Shown here in pieces: positions 53,050 to 64,000 of a stretch of DNA of 64,000 nucleotides. The stretch is from positions 282,658,001 through 282,722,000 of the forward strand of contig OZ024740.1 in the NCBI GenBank assembly GCA_964016885.1, in the 5' to 3' direction. A program made the translations under genes and the position numbers. This stretch comes from Eledone cirrhosa (lineage: Eukaryota). Numbering within the stretch: the first letter of the stretch is position 1; every line of letters starts with the position of its first letter. The notes beneath the pieces were generated by a model. The model was not told the DNA's origin. It saw nothing but the letters and a program-made list of their open reading frames with translations, and made no database searches.

Positions 53050-54795
53050 CTTAAACTAATAGATAAACACTTCCCTATATATCACAGATATCATAAAATC
53101 CTCAATAGAAAAATTATAAAACTCTCATACTCTACGGCTGCAAATATAGAATCACACATACGCAAGATCAACCAAAGAAATACCTCTAGGGAAACCGCCC
53201 CACCTATGCGCAACATAGCACCAGATTCTAAACATAAACACATCACAATATCACAACCGCAAACGCATACAAGCACGCAGCAGCAAAACCTCAACGGGCA
53301 CGAATCACAACCCACTTATAGCAGTGTGCAAAACAGCACTGTGGAAGCTGCACGGAATAACACCTCAAACTGCAACTGCCACCTACCGCATAGGTGCCCA
53401 TTGGCGAACAGATGCCTTGATTCGAGCCTAGTGTACATATGTACGGTGAACTCGGGCAACTCCACTTGGCATTACATTGGATCCACCGCGGGTACTTTTA
53501 AAAAAAGATGGTATGTGCACAGACACTCGATGAAGAACCGTGCACTTATAGGTTCTACAACCCTCGACACAAAATTCTGTGAACTTAAGGACAATAGCTC
53601 CAACTACAATATCAACTGGTCGAGGTTGTCGGCCGCAAGGGCATACTGTACCGGTATGTCCTATTGTAGGCTCTGTGATCTTCAATTACTATATATCCTT
53701 AGGAATGAAAAAAGGCTACTCAACAACAAGATAGAAAGATCAATTATCTACAGACACAGGATCGCCACTAAATTCACAACATTTAAGCCACCGTGAATCG
53801 AACCAACATAACTTAACATTCAACATATGATATCCACGCTATTACACAGACCACCACAGAACTATAATACTCATTAAGCAAATTCTAGCCTTCTTAATTC
53901 TATACCACAGTAATGTCTCCAAATATTTTATAAACCCATAAAATATCCCTTCTCAGCTGCTGTCAACACAACTTCCTCACCCTTGATTCTCAACAGATGA
54001 ACCTAAATCCAAGTACATTTTCAGAATACTACTACAGTAAAACATCACCTTTCTCCTGTTGTTATAATTGTAGTCAGCATGTTTTATCTCTCTCTCTATA
54101 TATATATATTGCGTCCTTAACCTCTGTATTAACTTACCTATTATATTGCTACTCTGTTATTGTTATTTTATATATGTATGTTATTGAGGATGTGAAAGCT
54201 AAACAACCCCATGATTCGAACTAACAATCCCTTCATCTAATATAGACCACATAAATATTGAATCCACTTCACACCACAAAAATTACTATCCTCACTACAA
54301 TGATAAATATTTTATCTGTCAGATAATAAATAATTCTTACGGTCACCAAACCTACGGTAAAGGAAATGGTACATTGTTTAAAGCCCTGGCTTATCTCTAC
54401 ACTATATATATAATACACCCATGACAGCTTTTACATGGCAATTTCATACATCTGCCTCATATCAGCTCGTTTTACATGCTAAGGTTTTAAGTATACTCTG
54501 TGTCTTACTTAGATTGATGTGATTATATCAAATAATTTATTGATAGCACTATTAGTATTGTTGTTATTGTTCTGATTGAATGCCACTACTATATATAGAA
54601 GCCATGCCTGTGTATTCCCTTCATTCTCGCTAGCTCTGATGAATTGACTGGTTACAACTATGTATTGGTGATCGATTGACGCGATAACAGGCAGGTAGCG
54701 ATCTCTAGACCTACCAGTTCAGAGAAACAATTGTCAGCAGAGTGATTAAAAACCTTTTTTGTATAGCAAACCGTGTCACTCTTCTTTCTTGATTT
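53050..54795 (+). mobile_element. 5'-truncated Penelope-like element (Naiad-like): linker plus GIY-YIG endonuclease, 3' UTR and pseudo-LTR, between microsatellites
   Basis: Open frame 53050-53796: LIDKHFP..HKILNRKIIKLSYS, CNCHLPHRCPL (CxCx5C), VY...YIGST...FKKRW...H...NWS...CRLC...LNN...RH. Confidence 0.85.
54633..54738 (+). ncRNA. Hammerhead ribozyme motif with extended stem II in the PLE 3' pseudo-LTR
   Basis: GCT-CTGATGA-[TGACTGGT...ACCAGTTCA, 81 nt]-GAAA-CAATTG-TC-AGC, followed by ATTAAA. Confidence 0.75.
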
Positions 54796-54850
54796 ATATA
54801 TATACATATATAAATGTGTATGTATGTATGTATGTATGTATGTATGTATG

Positions 54851-55202
54851 TATAACACCTGCAACCCTGATGGTATCCGATGATGTTGACTTGTTCTTTT
54901 TTTTGGTAAATATCATCTTGGTTAAAAGAGTGGGACTGGCTTTGTGCAGGGCCTTTGTTCACTATAAAAGCTTCACGGCACAGGCATTGCTTTATATCTG
55001 GAGATCTCTCCGCACTTGTCGTCACATGGTACCATGGGCCCAGCACTATGTGTCAATAATTGTCACAAGAGTAGTGTTTGTACCACAGTTTTCAAGTCGC
55101 TGGCTGGACTAAAAAGTCACACTCGTTCAGCGCATCGGTAGGGGTTCTCCTACATGGATATAAAGTAGTGGGCGTACTCGAAAACGAGTTGGCAGCCACC
55201 AT
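54851..55202 (+). mobile_element. 5'-truncated copy of the 28351-28927 repeat within (TATG)n
   Basis: Near-identical reverse complement of 28351-28703. Confidence 0.8.
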
Positions 55203-55372
55203 ATATGTATGTATGCTTATATAGGCATGAACACACTTACTCTGATTCACATATCTCAGAACGCTTTTTTCTCTTTTTTCCTTTCTTTATTCCCATCCCA
55301 TATCCATTTCATTAAGTACCAGACTAGATCAAGGTGGTGACCCAGTATAGCAGCAGACCAATTAAATGAAAC

Positions 55373-55427
<55 letters not shown>

Positions 55428-55826
55428 ATCCTTCATCTACGTATATCCGTTATACACCTTTACGCCTGTGCATGTATGGGTGTATGTTTATGTACGATTA
55501 CGTGTGTGCAAGTGTGTGTTTGTGTGCACGGGCGTGTTTCTCCGAGAGTGGGTGTATGGGTGTAAGATACCTCTGAACGTTGATATTACCAAATTATGTA
55601 ATTAGACGTCTACTGACCAAATAGACAAAGGAACTTATTGTTAACTAAAATATAATATAGTTGTTAAAATGGGAAGTTATATTCTGTTTCAGAAGAAGCG
55701 TGGGAAATCTGCCTGGTCTGAATAACAAGCGAAGGATTGGTATCTTAGTTACAATTCTAATTAGATAGACAGACACAAGCCATACTTAATTCGATTTTCA
55801 AGATAATTTAATCCTAATTCTGCTGA

Positions 55827-55997
55827 CATCGGTAGAGGGTCGGACGCCATGCTTTCCAGCATAGTTACGTCCCTTTACGATCTGAGTTCAAATCCCGCCG
55901 AGGTTGACTTTGCCTTTCATCCTTACGGGGTCGATAAAATAAAGTACCAGTAATGCACTGGGTAATTGCTGGCCTTGTGCCTAAAGTAGAAACAATT
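55827..55997 (+). mobile_element. SINE family 1, young copy
   Basis: Nearly identical to the reverse complement of 36000-36165. Confidence 0.88.
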
Positions 55998-56330
55998 AAA
56001 TATAGACAAGTCAGCATGAGAGCCCCTATGTGGCCGATCAACATGCAAGTAGCAAGCGAATCTATCTCAAATCACACCTTAATTCCTCAAAACAGTATTG
56101 CCAGTTTTAGGAATCAAATGACTTAACAAGAATCACTATGAATTCCTTTCAAATTTATTGATTACTCAGTATTTCGTAAGCACATAGGTTTATCTATAAA
56201 GGTGCCAAAGAAAACAGAGATTGAAAAGTTCAGCTGAATACAATATAGTTAAATGTAAGTAACTATTAAAAAGAAATACACCTGAAATAAGAAAGTCAAA
56301 ATATATACTAAAGTAGTACTACTAATGATA

Positions 56331-57325
56331 TTTCTTCTTCTTCTTCTTCTTCTTCTTCTTCTTCTTCTTCTTCTTCTTCTTCTTCTTCTTCCACACATTT
56401 GTTACCGGTTCTACGACTAGGTTCCTTCTCCAACTCACCCTGTCTTGCATTGCCATCTGAAGTTCCCCTGACTCCAGCCCGATATCATCTTGAAGAACAT
56501 TCTACAGCGTAGTGTTTGGTCTCCCAACTCGTATGCATGCATCAGGTTTCCAGAAAAGAACTCTACCAGCAGGTTCATTGTGACGTTTCATGTCCGGATA
56601 ATGCAATCCTACTACGCCTTATGATATCAGAAAAAGGAAGGTGTGGGCCGGAGAACAATGTTGTTTCTCTGTGTGTTCTCCAGGATACGTTCTGGACGTT
56701 TCTTAGCATCCGGGTGAATGTGCTATTAATCCTCGCTGTGGGTGGTTTTGTTAATGTCCATAAATTCCATCCGTAAAGGAGAATGAACTCAACTGTTGCT
56801 TTAAATAGCCTCATTTTTGTGGTTTCCTTGATCGGAGACACCCATATATTTGATAGAGTGTTGAGAGCCTCCAATGCCTTGCATATCCTGGTGTTGACAT
56901 CGTGTAGAGTGTTCATAAAACTGCCAGAATACAAGAAGTCATTGACTTCCTCATTTTCCGAAACCTTCCAGGGAATGCATTTATTTATTTGACGTTGCAT
57001 TTAGGTACATGAAGTTTGCTTTGTCATCATTCAAGAGGAGTCCAATAAATTGCGCTGCAGCCTCTGCTATGTGCAGCACTTCTTCAGCTTCTTTTTATGT
57101 GTTTTCCAGAAGAGCTATGTCGGGTGCCTTGTCGACTTTTCAGCATTATTCTTATCCTTCCTAATGGTGCAATGGCATTACGCAGTGCATAATCAAAACG
57201 TATCACAAAACGGAGAGGGCCCATAAGATCTCCCCGGAGGACTCCAGTATCAATGGAGAATATGTCTGAGAATCCCTCGGTTGTTATCACAAATACTGAA
57301 GTATTCTCATACATGGTCTGAGTAT
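56331..57325 (-). mobile_element. 5'-truncated RTE-group LINE (RT C-terminal part) with (GAA)n tail
   Basis: MYENTS...FSIDTGVLRGDLMGP, VNDFLYSGS, KMRLFKATVEFILLYG; (TTC)n at 56331-56390. Confidence 0.85.
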
Positions 57326-57726
57326 CCCTCGGTTGTTATCACAAGTACTGAAGTATTCTCATACATGGTCTGAGTATCCCTCGGTTGTTATCACAAGTAC
57401 TGAAGTATTCTCATACATGGTCTGAGTATCCCTCGGTTGTTATCACAAGTACTGAAGTATTCTCATACATGGTCTGAGTATCCCTCGGTTGTTATCACAA
57501 GTACTGAAGTATTCTCATACATGGTCTGAGTATCCCTCGGTTGTTATCACAAGTACTGAAGTATTCTCATACATGGTCTGAGTATCCCTCGGTTGTTATC
57601 ACAAATACTGAAGTATTCTCATACATGGTCTGAATATTTCTCGGTTGTTATCACAAGTACTGAAGTACTCTCATACATGGTCTGAGTATCCCTCGGTTGT
57701 TATCACAAGTACTGAAGTATTCTCAT
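57265..57726. repeat. 52-bp minisatellite, ~8.8 copies, derived from the LINE 5' junction
   Basis: Unit tccctcggttgttatcacaagtactgaagtattctcatacatggtctgagta starting at 57273, 57325, 57377 ... 57689. Confidence 0.95.
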
Positions 57727-58299
57727 TCCCATTGTAAGTCTTTGCTGCAATTTGCGTAAGGCGATTGGGGAACTAAATGACCGCATAGGATGCAAGCCAC
57801 CCGCATTTCCTAAAATACCCTCTATATTTGATGTCATTTTTTGGTTTCCTTGTAGGTTAATATGACATTTTGAAGAAGCTAAAAATGATTAAATACTATT
57901 TAAAAATATTTCACCAATAATCATAAGTATAGCAACATACCACCTTAAATGCATAACAATTACATATGCTCATTTACATAGTTGTAAAACGACAATTTTC
58001 TGTAGATAATTAAGGAATGATGTAAGTAGCCTAGTCTTGAACCATCAAGCATTCATAATTGTCATGGCGTAAATAATTTACAGCAAACAACATATAGGAT
58101 AGGTCCGGATATCATACAAAAAAAAACAACATATTAGCTTTTTCACAGTAATTAAGGTAAGTATATACCGTAAAGTGCACAATAATTTACATGGAAAAAT
58201 TATTAATATTGTTTATTACTATGATAAAATGTGCTTCAACCTGAATTTATTGGCAAACATTGTGGGAGCAGAGTCCGCAAACATTCCTTCTAACGGGTC

Positions 58300-59491
58300 C
58301 TGTCAGTAGCAACCGTTTCCAATTGATCCACCTGGATCCCCAAGTATTACCACCCGAGCTCATAGATGTTATACAACCATATTGCTCGGGGTCTATCCCT
58401 GCGTCTTTTGCCGCTTGATTTTGCCCGTAAAATTTGTCTGGCGACTCTTTCCTGAATAATTCTAACCACATGTCCGTAATATCGGAGCTATGACCTCTCA
58501 AATCAGAGGATTAGTGTCAACACCTAGAACGACTCCCGGATCTCCGAGCTATGCACTCTGTCAAGTAACGCTATTCCAAAGACCCATTGAAGAAACCCCA
58601 TTTTGACTGCTTATATTCACAATCTTATCATTTCGGTCATTAATCATGATAAACGACCATAGGTAAGGGATGGCACGGATACCGAATTGAAGATAGAATG
58701 TTTGGCTTTTATGCATACCTCCTTTCTTCTGACAACCGAATACTGAAGCTAGCGCATTATTGCAACAGTTCCTGCAATTCTTGCATTTAATCCAGCCTCC
58801 TGCCTTCCATCACTCGTGAACACGGCCCCAAGATACTTGAACATTTTCCCTTGATTTACTGGAACTCCACTCATATGTTGAGTGTACTGCGCAGGCTTCC
58901 TTGAGAGGACGAATCTCTGTCTTTGCAGCACTGATTTTCATTCCAGTCGTGTAGCACTCGGCAGCAAATGTAACCTGTGCATGTTGTAGATTATCTTCTG
59001 ACGAGTTAAGTAGTACCATGTCGTCCGCAAATTCCAGCCGACACATCCTACACCTACCAGTCTCAATACTACTTCGAACTCGACTGTGTATGTCAATTCT
59101 ATCCATGAAGATTATAAAAAGGAGAGGTAACAGTATGCACCCTTGGTGGAGTCCGACATCCTCATTGAATGGTTTCGACGTGGCACCATTTACCCGAACA
59201 GAAATACTAGGAGATTCGTATAGAGACATCAAGGCAACAAAAAGTGACCATAATCCTGCAGAACCTTCCACAACAGGTCCCTTGGAACTCGGTCATATGT
59301 CCTTTCGAGATCTACGAAACAAGAATACACCCCTTAGCAATACTGCCACGATTTCCCGAAGACCTCCAACAGTGAATATTTGGTCGGCTATGCTGTGCCC
59401 GTGGTGAAAAACCACATAAATTGTCAGCTAATCTGGACTCGACAATATCTCTACACGTCTTTACCATGTACTTAGCATAGACTTTACCGTA
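58300..59491 (-). mobile_element. Degenerate RTE-clade LINE RT fragment
   Basis: SLYESPSISVRVNG...VGLHQGCILLPLLFIIFMD...FADDMVLL...GMKISAAKTE, FKYLGAVFTSDG, with frameshifts. Confidence 0.85.
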
Positions 59492-60090
59492 TTGGAAAAA
59501 CACACAACAGGAAAATATATGAGAAAACACATGTACACAAGAGAAAGGAAAACGGATATACAGATAAAGAGAAAAGGGGGAAAGAGCGAGAACAGGGGAA
59601 AATAAACAGAAAGTAAAGAATCCAAAACATAGAGACAAACAGAAGAGCAGAGAGATATGTATAAAAATGGACAGAAATGAACATTCACGACATCGTACAT
59701 ATCAAGGGATGATAATGAACAAGGAATAGTTGCTTTCCTTTTTGTCCGGTTGCGAAGAGATAGTTGCGATGAGTTAGTTGCTCGTAACTGATAACATTTC
59801 AAACTAACCATTTCATCTGTATCAGTGATCAAGGTCAACTCTTGACCATACTGCCATTTCCTGGGTGCACCACACGACTAAGTTCCAGATTACGACATTT
59901 CATTATTCACTTAGAAAATTACTACTAACTACTCAATCTCTCCTTGACAATTATTTAATTTCTAGCAGCTACTGCAGCTAAAATTAAGAAAAAGAGAAGT
60001 AATCTGTTGACACAAAACTATCGTACACACCATCACCTAAGGATGGGATGAACATCAGATGATCAATTGCAGCAATTATAAGTATCCTTA

Positions 60091-60250
60091 TAGGCGGAGA
60101 CTTGGCAGAGTCATTATTACGTCGGATAGAATGCTTTGCGGTATTCATTTAGAATCTCTGCTCTCTGAATTCAAATCTCACCGAGGTCAACATTGACTTT
60201 CATCAATTCAAGGTCGATAAAAAAAGTACCAGTCTAGTACTGGGGTTGAT
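60091..60250 (+). mobile_element. SINE family 1, degenerate
   Basis: gaattcaaatctcaccgaggtcaacattgactttcatc...gtcgataaaaaaagtaccag. Confidence 0.7.
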
Positions 60251-62719
60251 GTTTTCTCTATATCTCTTTCTATCTTTCATTGTCTCACACTCTTTCCGTT
60301 TCTGAAAGAAATTTGCTGTAATCAGAACTGGAGAGGAACGGGCTCCGCCAGGGTTTAAAATGCCCGAAAACGCCGTATGTCAATACAGTGCCTCTACGAC
60401 TCCTTCTGGAGTTACGGAACCATGCATGCATGCATAAATATCCTGGTCTGGATACGAATATCACGCCTCTGCTGAGTTGATGATTAGGGGCAACAAAATT
60501 TAAGACAGACTGCTCTTTGATAAAACAATAAAGAATTTAGAGCTTTTATTTGTAGTTAATGCCATGTTTTTAATTATTATAATTGGGTTTTATGCTTTTC
60601 AAAAGCAACACTCCATATAATTTGCGCACATTTTTAAACATCCTTTTTGCCTTAACATTATCGCCAAGTTACGCAGCATCTGCACAGTAGATTTCTTTAA
60701 ATCTAACACCAGAAGAATAAGCAAATAAAACATTAAATCTCTCCTTTATTTTGTCTATAAATATAAAATATTTAAATATTTAATAACTCCATGGAATAAT
60801 GAAATTAGAAAATATAAAATTAGAATGTGCCCTCTCCAATGTCCTCGAAAAACCATATGAGTAAATACAAAGGTTGGTGTTAACTTAAGGGTCATTTCTT
60901 TGATCATAAAATTTAATCACTAGCATTTCCTGAAAACTCATAGATTAACGTATTACACATAGCCACTTTGATCACATATTACTAACAAATATATACTTTT
61001 TTTTAAAAGAATGTATCACTGTTCCCTGCATCTACTCCCGGGGTAACAGCTGATAAATTAACCACTGCCGAGTTTGCTCTCTTTTTAATAAAATCACTGT
61101 ATATTCAACTACTATAAGGTTTGGATTAAATATACGTGTGGACCGCGTCGTGATCCACCACCATGCAAGTAATAATTGCCAAATCTCCATAAAAAGAAAG
61201 GACACGGTAGATAAAGTAACTAGATTTTCATGACTGAAATGCCTTTGGGCGTAGGCAACGTCGATTAGGGCGAGATAGAGTGTATACTTAAGCAGCCATG
61301 TCAATTATCGCCATGGAACGACATGCATGCAGCATCACAGATATGAAATTGGCAGAAACCTTAGAACGTCGGATAAAACGCCATGTAGTATTTATTTTGG
61401 ATCCTTCGTTCTCGGTTCAATACCGCTGAAGTCATCTTTGCCTTTCTTCCTTCCGGGTATTGATACAGAATTCGTCTGGGGCGTTAAACTGACAAAGTCG
61501 TTAAAATATCGGATAGGGTGTATTACAGTGTTTGTTCCTGAATCATACTGTGGCCTATTTAGGTTGTAAATCTAATTGGTCTCGCGATTAAATAACCTCA
61601 CCTCGTTTTGCAGTTTCCACTCTGTAACAAACTTTCGGGACACTTCTCCACCAGTCTTGAAGTCCCCTAAAATAGGCTGTAGCAAAACAGCGCATCGACT
61701 ACAAATCAAGTTCAATAAATCACACAGCCATCAGAACCCCAAAACGTCGCTATGTCAACACCCCAACAATAATACCCCAAGTGATCCTGGCTGATCGAAT
61801 GAGGCATACAGATCGTAGCTAATCAGAGGAATATAAATATCATAGTGATAGAAGTTGTATCAGGTGGTTATCGTAATTAGATTCAAGTAGTTTGAGGCCG
61901 TCCAGCAGATTACCCAATTTCTAGAATCCAACCCCGATCACACAAAAGTACTGAAAGTCTTCCATGGATAAACCCACTCAAGGTTATGGGTTACATGACA
62001 GGATGGACGTGGAGAAAAAGATGATGAGGGAAATGGAAGAGTGATTGTTATAAGCGCGAAAATGACGAATGAATTGGTAGCTTAGATGAAATTATGACAT
62101 AGAAAGTTATTTATTGAATCTTTTCTTAAAAGATTTAATGTTGTAGGAAAGAAAACAATCCCTAAGCAGTTTGTTCCATGGCGATGTGCATGGCGATATG
62201 CTTTTAGGAATGAAACTGTTTCCATGAAGCATAACTCTGATGTTAGAAATGGTGGCTGTAAACTCTTCCCACACCACGTTATAAAAAAATTTGTTTGTTA
62301 CACTTTATTTACAAATAGCTCTAGTCTCATCGGAAGTCTGTAATTAGATGGTAGAGGAGTGTTTCTATCCTATCCACTTCCACCAGTTTTTTTGTTGTTG
62401 TTTTTGTTTTCGTTTAACAGTTTTTGATAAATTCTTGTTCTTCAAACAAGGACATTTTGGAATATTTCTGTTGATGTCGCTGTTGTTGTTTGCTTATGCT
62501 ACTGTAATTAATATCAAATAGTGTCAGCAATGGCCGGAAAGACATATCATCAATGGTGTTCCAACATTGTATATCAAACAACGTTATTCAACATATGCTA
62601 CCTTTTCAAAAGAAAGTAGGGTGTAGTTTAAGAGAGATTTGGATGGTGTTCCTAGTCGGTTGAAGTTCTTATTATCCCATCTTGGTATTATTATTCTTTC
62701 ATTGGATTTCATTTTCATT

Positions 62720-62925
62720 GGCAGTGGATTGGCAGAATCTGTAGAGCGTCGTACATCCTACTTCGTGACATACAGTTATGGCTCTTTATGTTCTGAGTTC
62801 AAATCCAGTCAAGGTTAGCTTTGCCTTTCATACTTACGGGGTCGATAAAATAAAGCACCAGTAATGTACTGGAGTCGATTTAATTGACTTTCCAGTTTCT
62901 GGCCTTGTGCCTATAGTAGAAATCA
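62720..62925 (+). mobile_element. SINE family 1
   Basis: Head plus core match. Confidence 0.8.
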
Positions 62926-62999
62926 TTATTTTCCCGATGGAACATGGAAATAATTGGGCTGGATACTCGATCGCGCGGTTAAACCACTGGGAGTGAAGG

Positions 63000-63051
<52 letters not shown>

Positions 63052-63249
63052 ACGTACATACATATATGTATACAGACGTACAGTAGTATGTATATATATA
63101 CATACATGCACACATATATATATATATGTACGTATGGGTTTACCGAACATTTATTATAATGCTCGGTTTGTTTGTAAACAAACACCCCGAATTAAGCCGT
63201 ACAGTGTTTAGCAACCATCGTTGCCCTTTTGTTCAACACTGACAAAGGA

Positions 63250-63292
63250 ACGATGTACTAGTTTCAAGCTTATTAGCTATCGTCAGCATCGT
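63250..63292 (-). ncRNA. Type I minimal hammerhead ribozyme motif (family H)
   Basis: ACGATG-CTGACGA-tAGCT aata AGCTt-GAAA-CTAG-TA-CATCGT. Confidence 0.88.
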
Positions 63293-63385
63293 ATACCTTT
63301 GATATGCAAATTAGGCTGCTCAGCCGTTAATATGCATAAGGAAAGTATATACTTTCAGACGTTCAATCATCTGGCAGGAAGGTAT

Positions 63386-63428
63386 ACGATGCTGACGATA
63401 GCTAATAAGTTTGAAACAAGTACATCGT
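63386..63428 (+). ncRNA. Family H hammerhead, mirror copy (2 substitutions)
   Basis: ACGATG-CTGACGA-TAGCTAATAAGTTT-GAAA-CAAG-TA-CATCGT. Confidence 0.75.
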
Positions 63429-63694
63429 TCCTTTGTCAGTGTTGAACAAAAGGGCAACGATGGTTGCTAAACACTGTACGGCTTAATTCTGGCTGTTTGT
63501 TTACAAACAAAACGAGCATTATAATAAATGTTCGGTAAACCCATACGTACATGTATATATGTGTGCATGTATGTATATATATATATATACTACTGTACGT
63601 CTGCATACATATATGTATGTACGTATACATACTTATATTTAAGTAACAGCCGTACTAAGTGTGAGAAATGAAATTTCGTTTCATTTTTTCCATT

Positions 63695-63790
<96 letters not shown>

Positions 63791-64000
63791 TCTAGGAGTA
63801 TAGCGCTGTAAGAGTGTTATCACAAATGAAGAGGTATAAATCAAAATAGGGCACATGTTTTTTTATGATATGGAAGTGAAAACGGTGATGAAGAGAGAAT
63901 GACATTGGAGACTTTATTGTGATGGTCAGATAGGGTTGACCGAGATGGCATTGGTGAAGAAACGAAATAAGATTAAATGATAATTTTCCAAAAGTAATAA

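Larger units (their letters stand above)
63045..63631. mobile_element. Fold-back pseudo-LTR element, family H
   Basis: Arms 63045-63299 and 63379-63631 with a 79-bp spacer; TA tracts nearby on both sides. Confidence 0.88.

Noticed and set aside
53797-54632. SECIS element in the Naiad-like 3' UTR
   Set aside because: No AUGA...AA...GA kink-turn hairpin could be identified by eye.
57265-57726. CRISPR-like regular array
   Set aside because: No unique spacers, units are contiguous LINE-derived sequence, and the context is eukaryotic.
63330-63378. Second HHR-like string in the family H spacer (CAGATGA...GAAAGTATATAC, minus strand)
   Set aside because: Mutated core, no stem II and no stem I pairing.

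Overview
Eukaryotic, AT-rich, microsatellite-dense animal DNA. The SINE families and (TA)n load suggest a cephalopod such as Octopus (inference). One host gene is present on the minus strand. Six phase-consistent exons (38960 to 15938) encode signal peptide - VWA - Thr-rich mucin-like stalk - VWA, 526 codons are visible, and the gene continues off the left edge. The block 4242-11084 is repeated at 11285-17914 across a 200-N gap and is probably an assembly artefact. The main hidden signal is a dense set of type I hammerhead ribozyme (HHR) motifs from roughly a dozen unrelated sequence families. Most sit in fold-back (inverted-repeat) mini-elements embedded in (TA)n tracts. They match the inverted pseudo-LTR ends of Penelope-like retroelements (PLEs), and protein-coding PLE fragments (Neptune-like RT, Naiad-like N-terminus and GIY-YIG) occur in the same window. 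Also present: R4/Dong-like LINE 3' ends in (TAA)n, RTE-like LINE fragments, two tRNA-derived SINE families and MITE-like elements. Nearly all ORFs in the supplied track are microsatellite artefacts.
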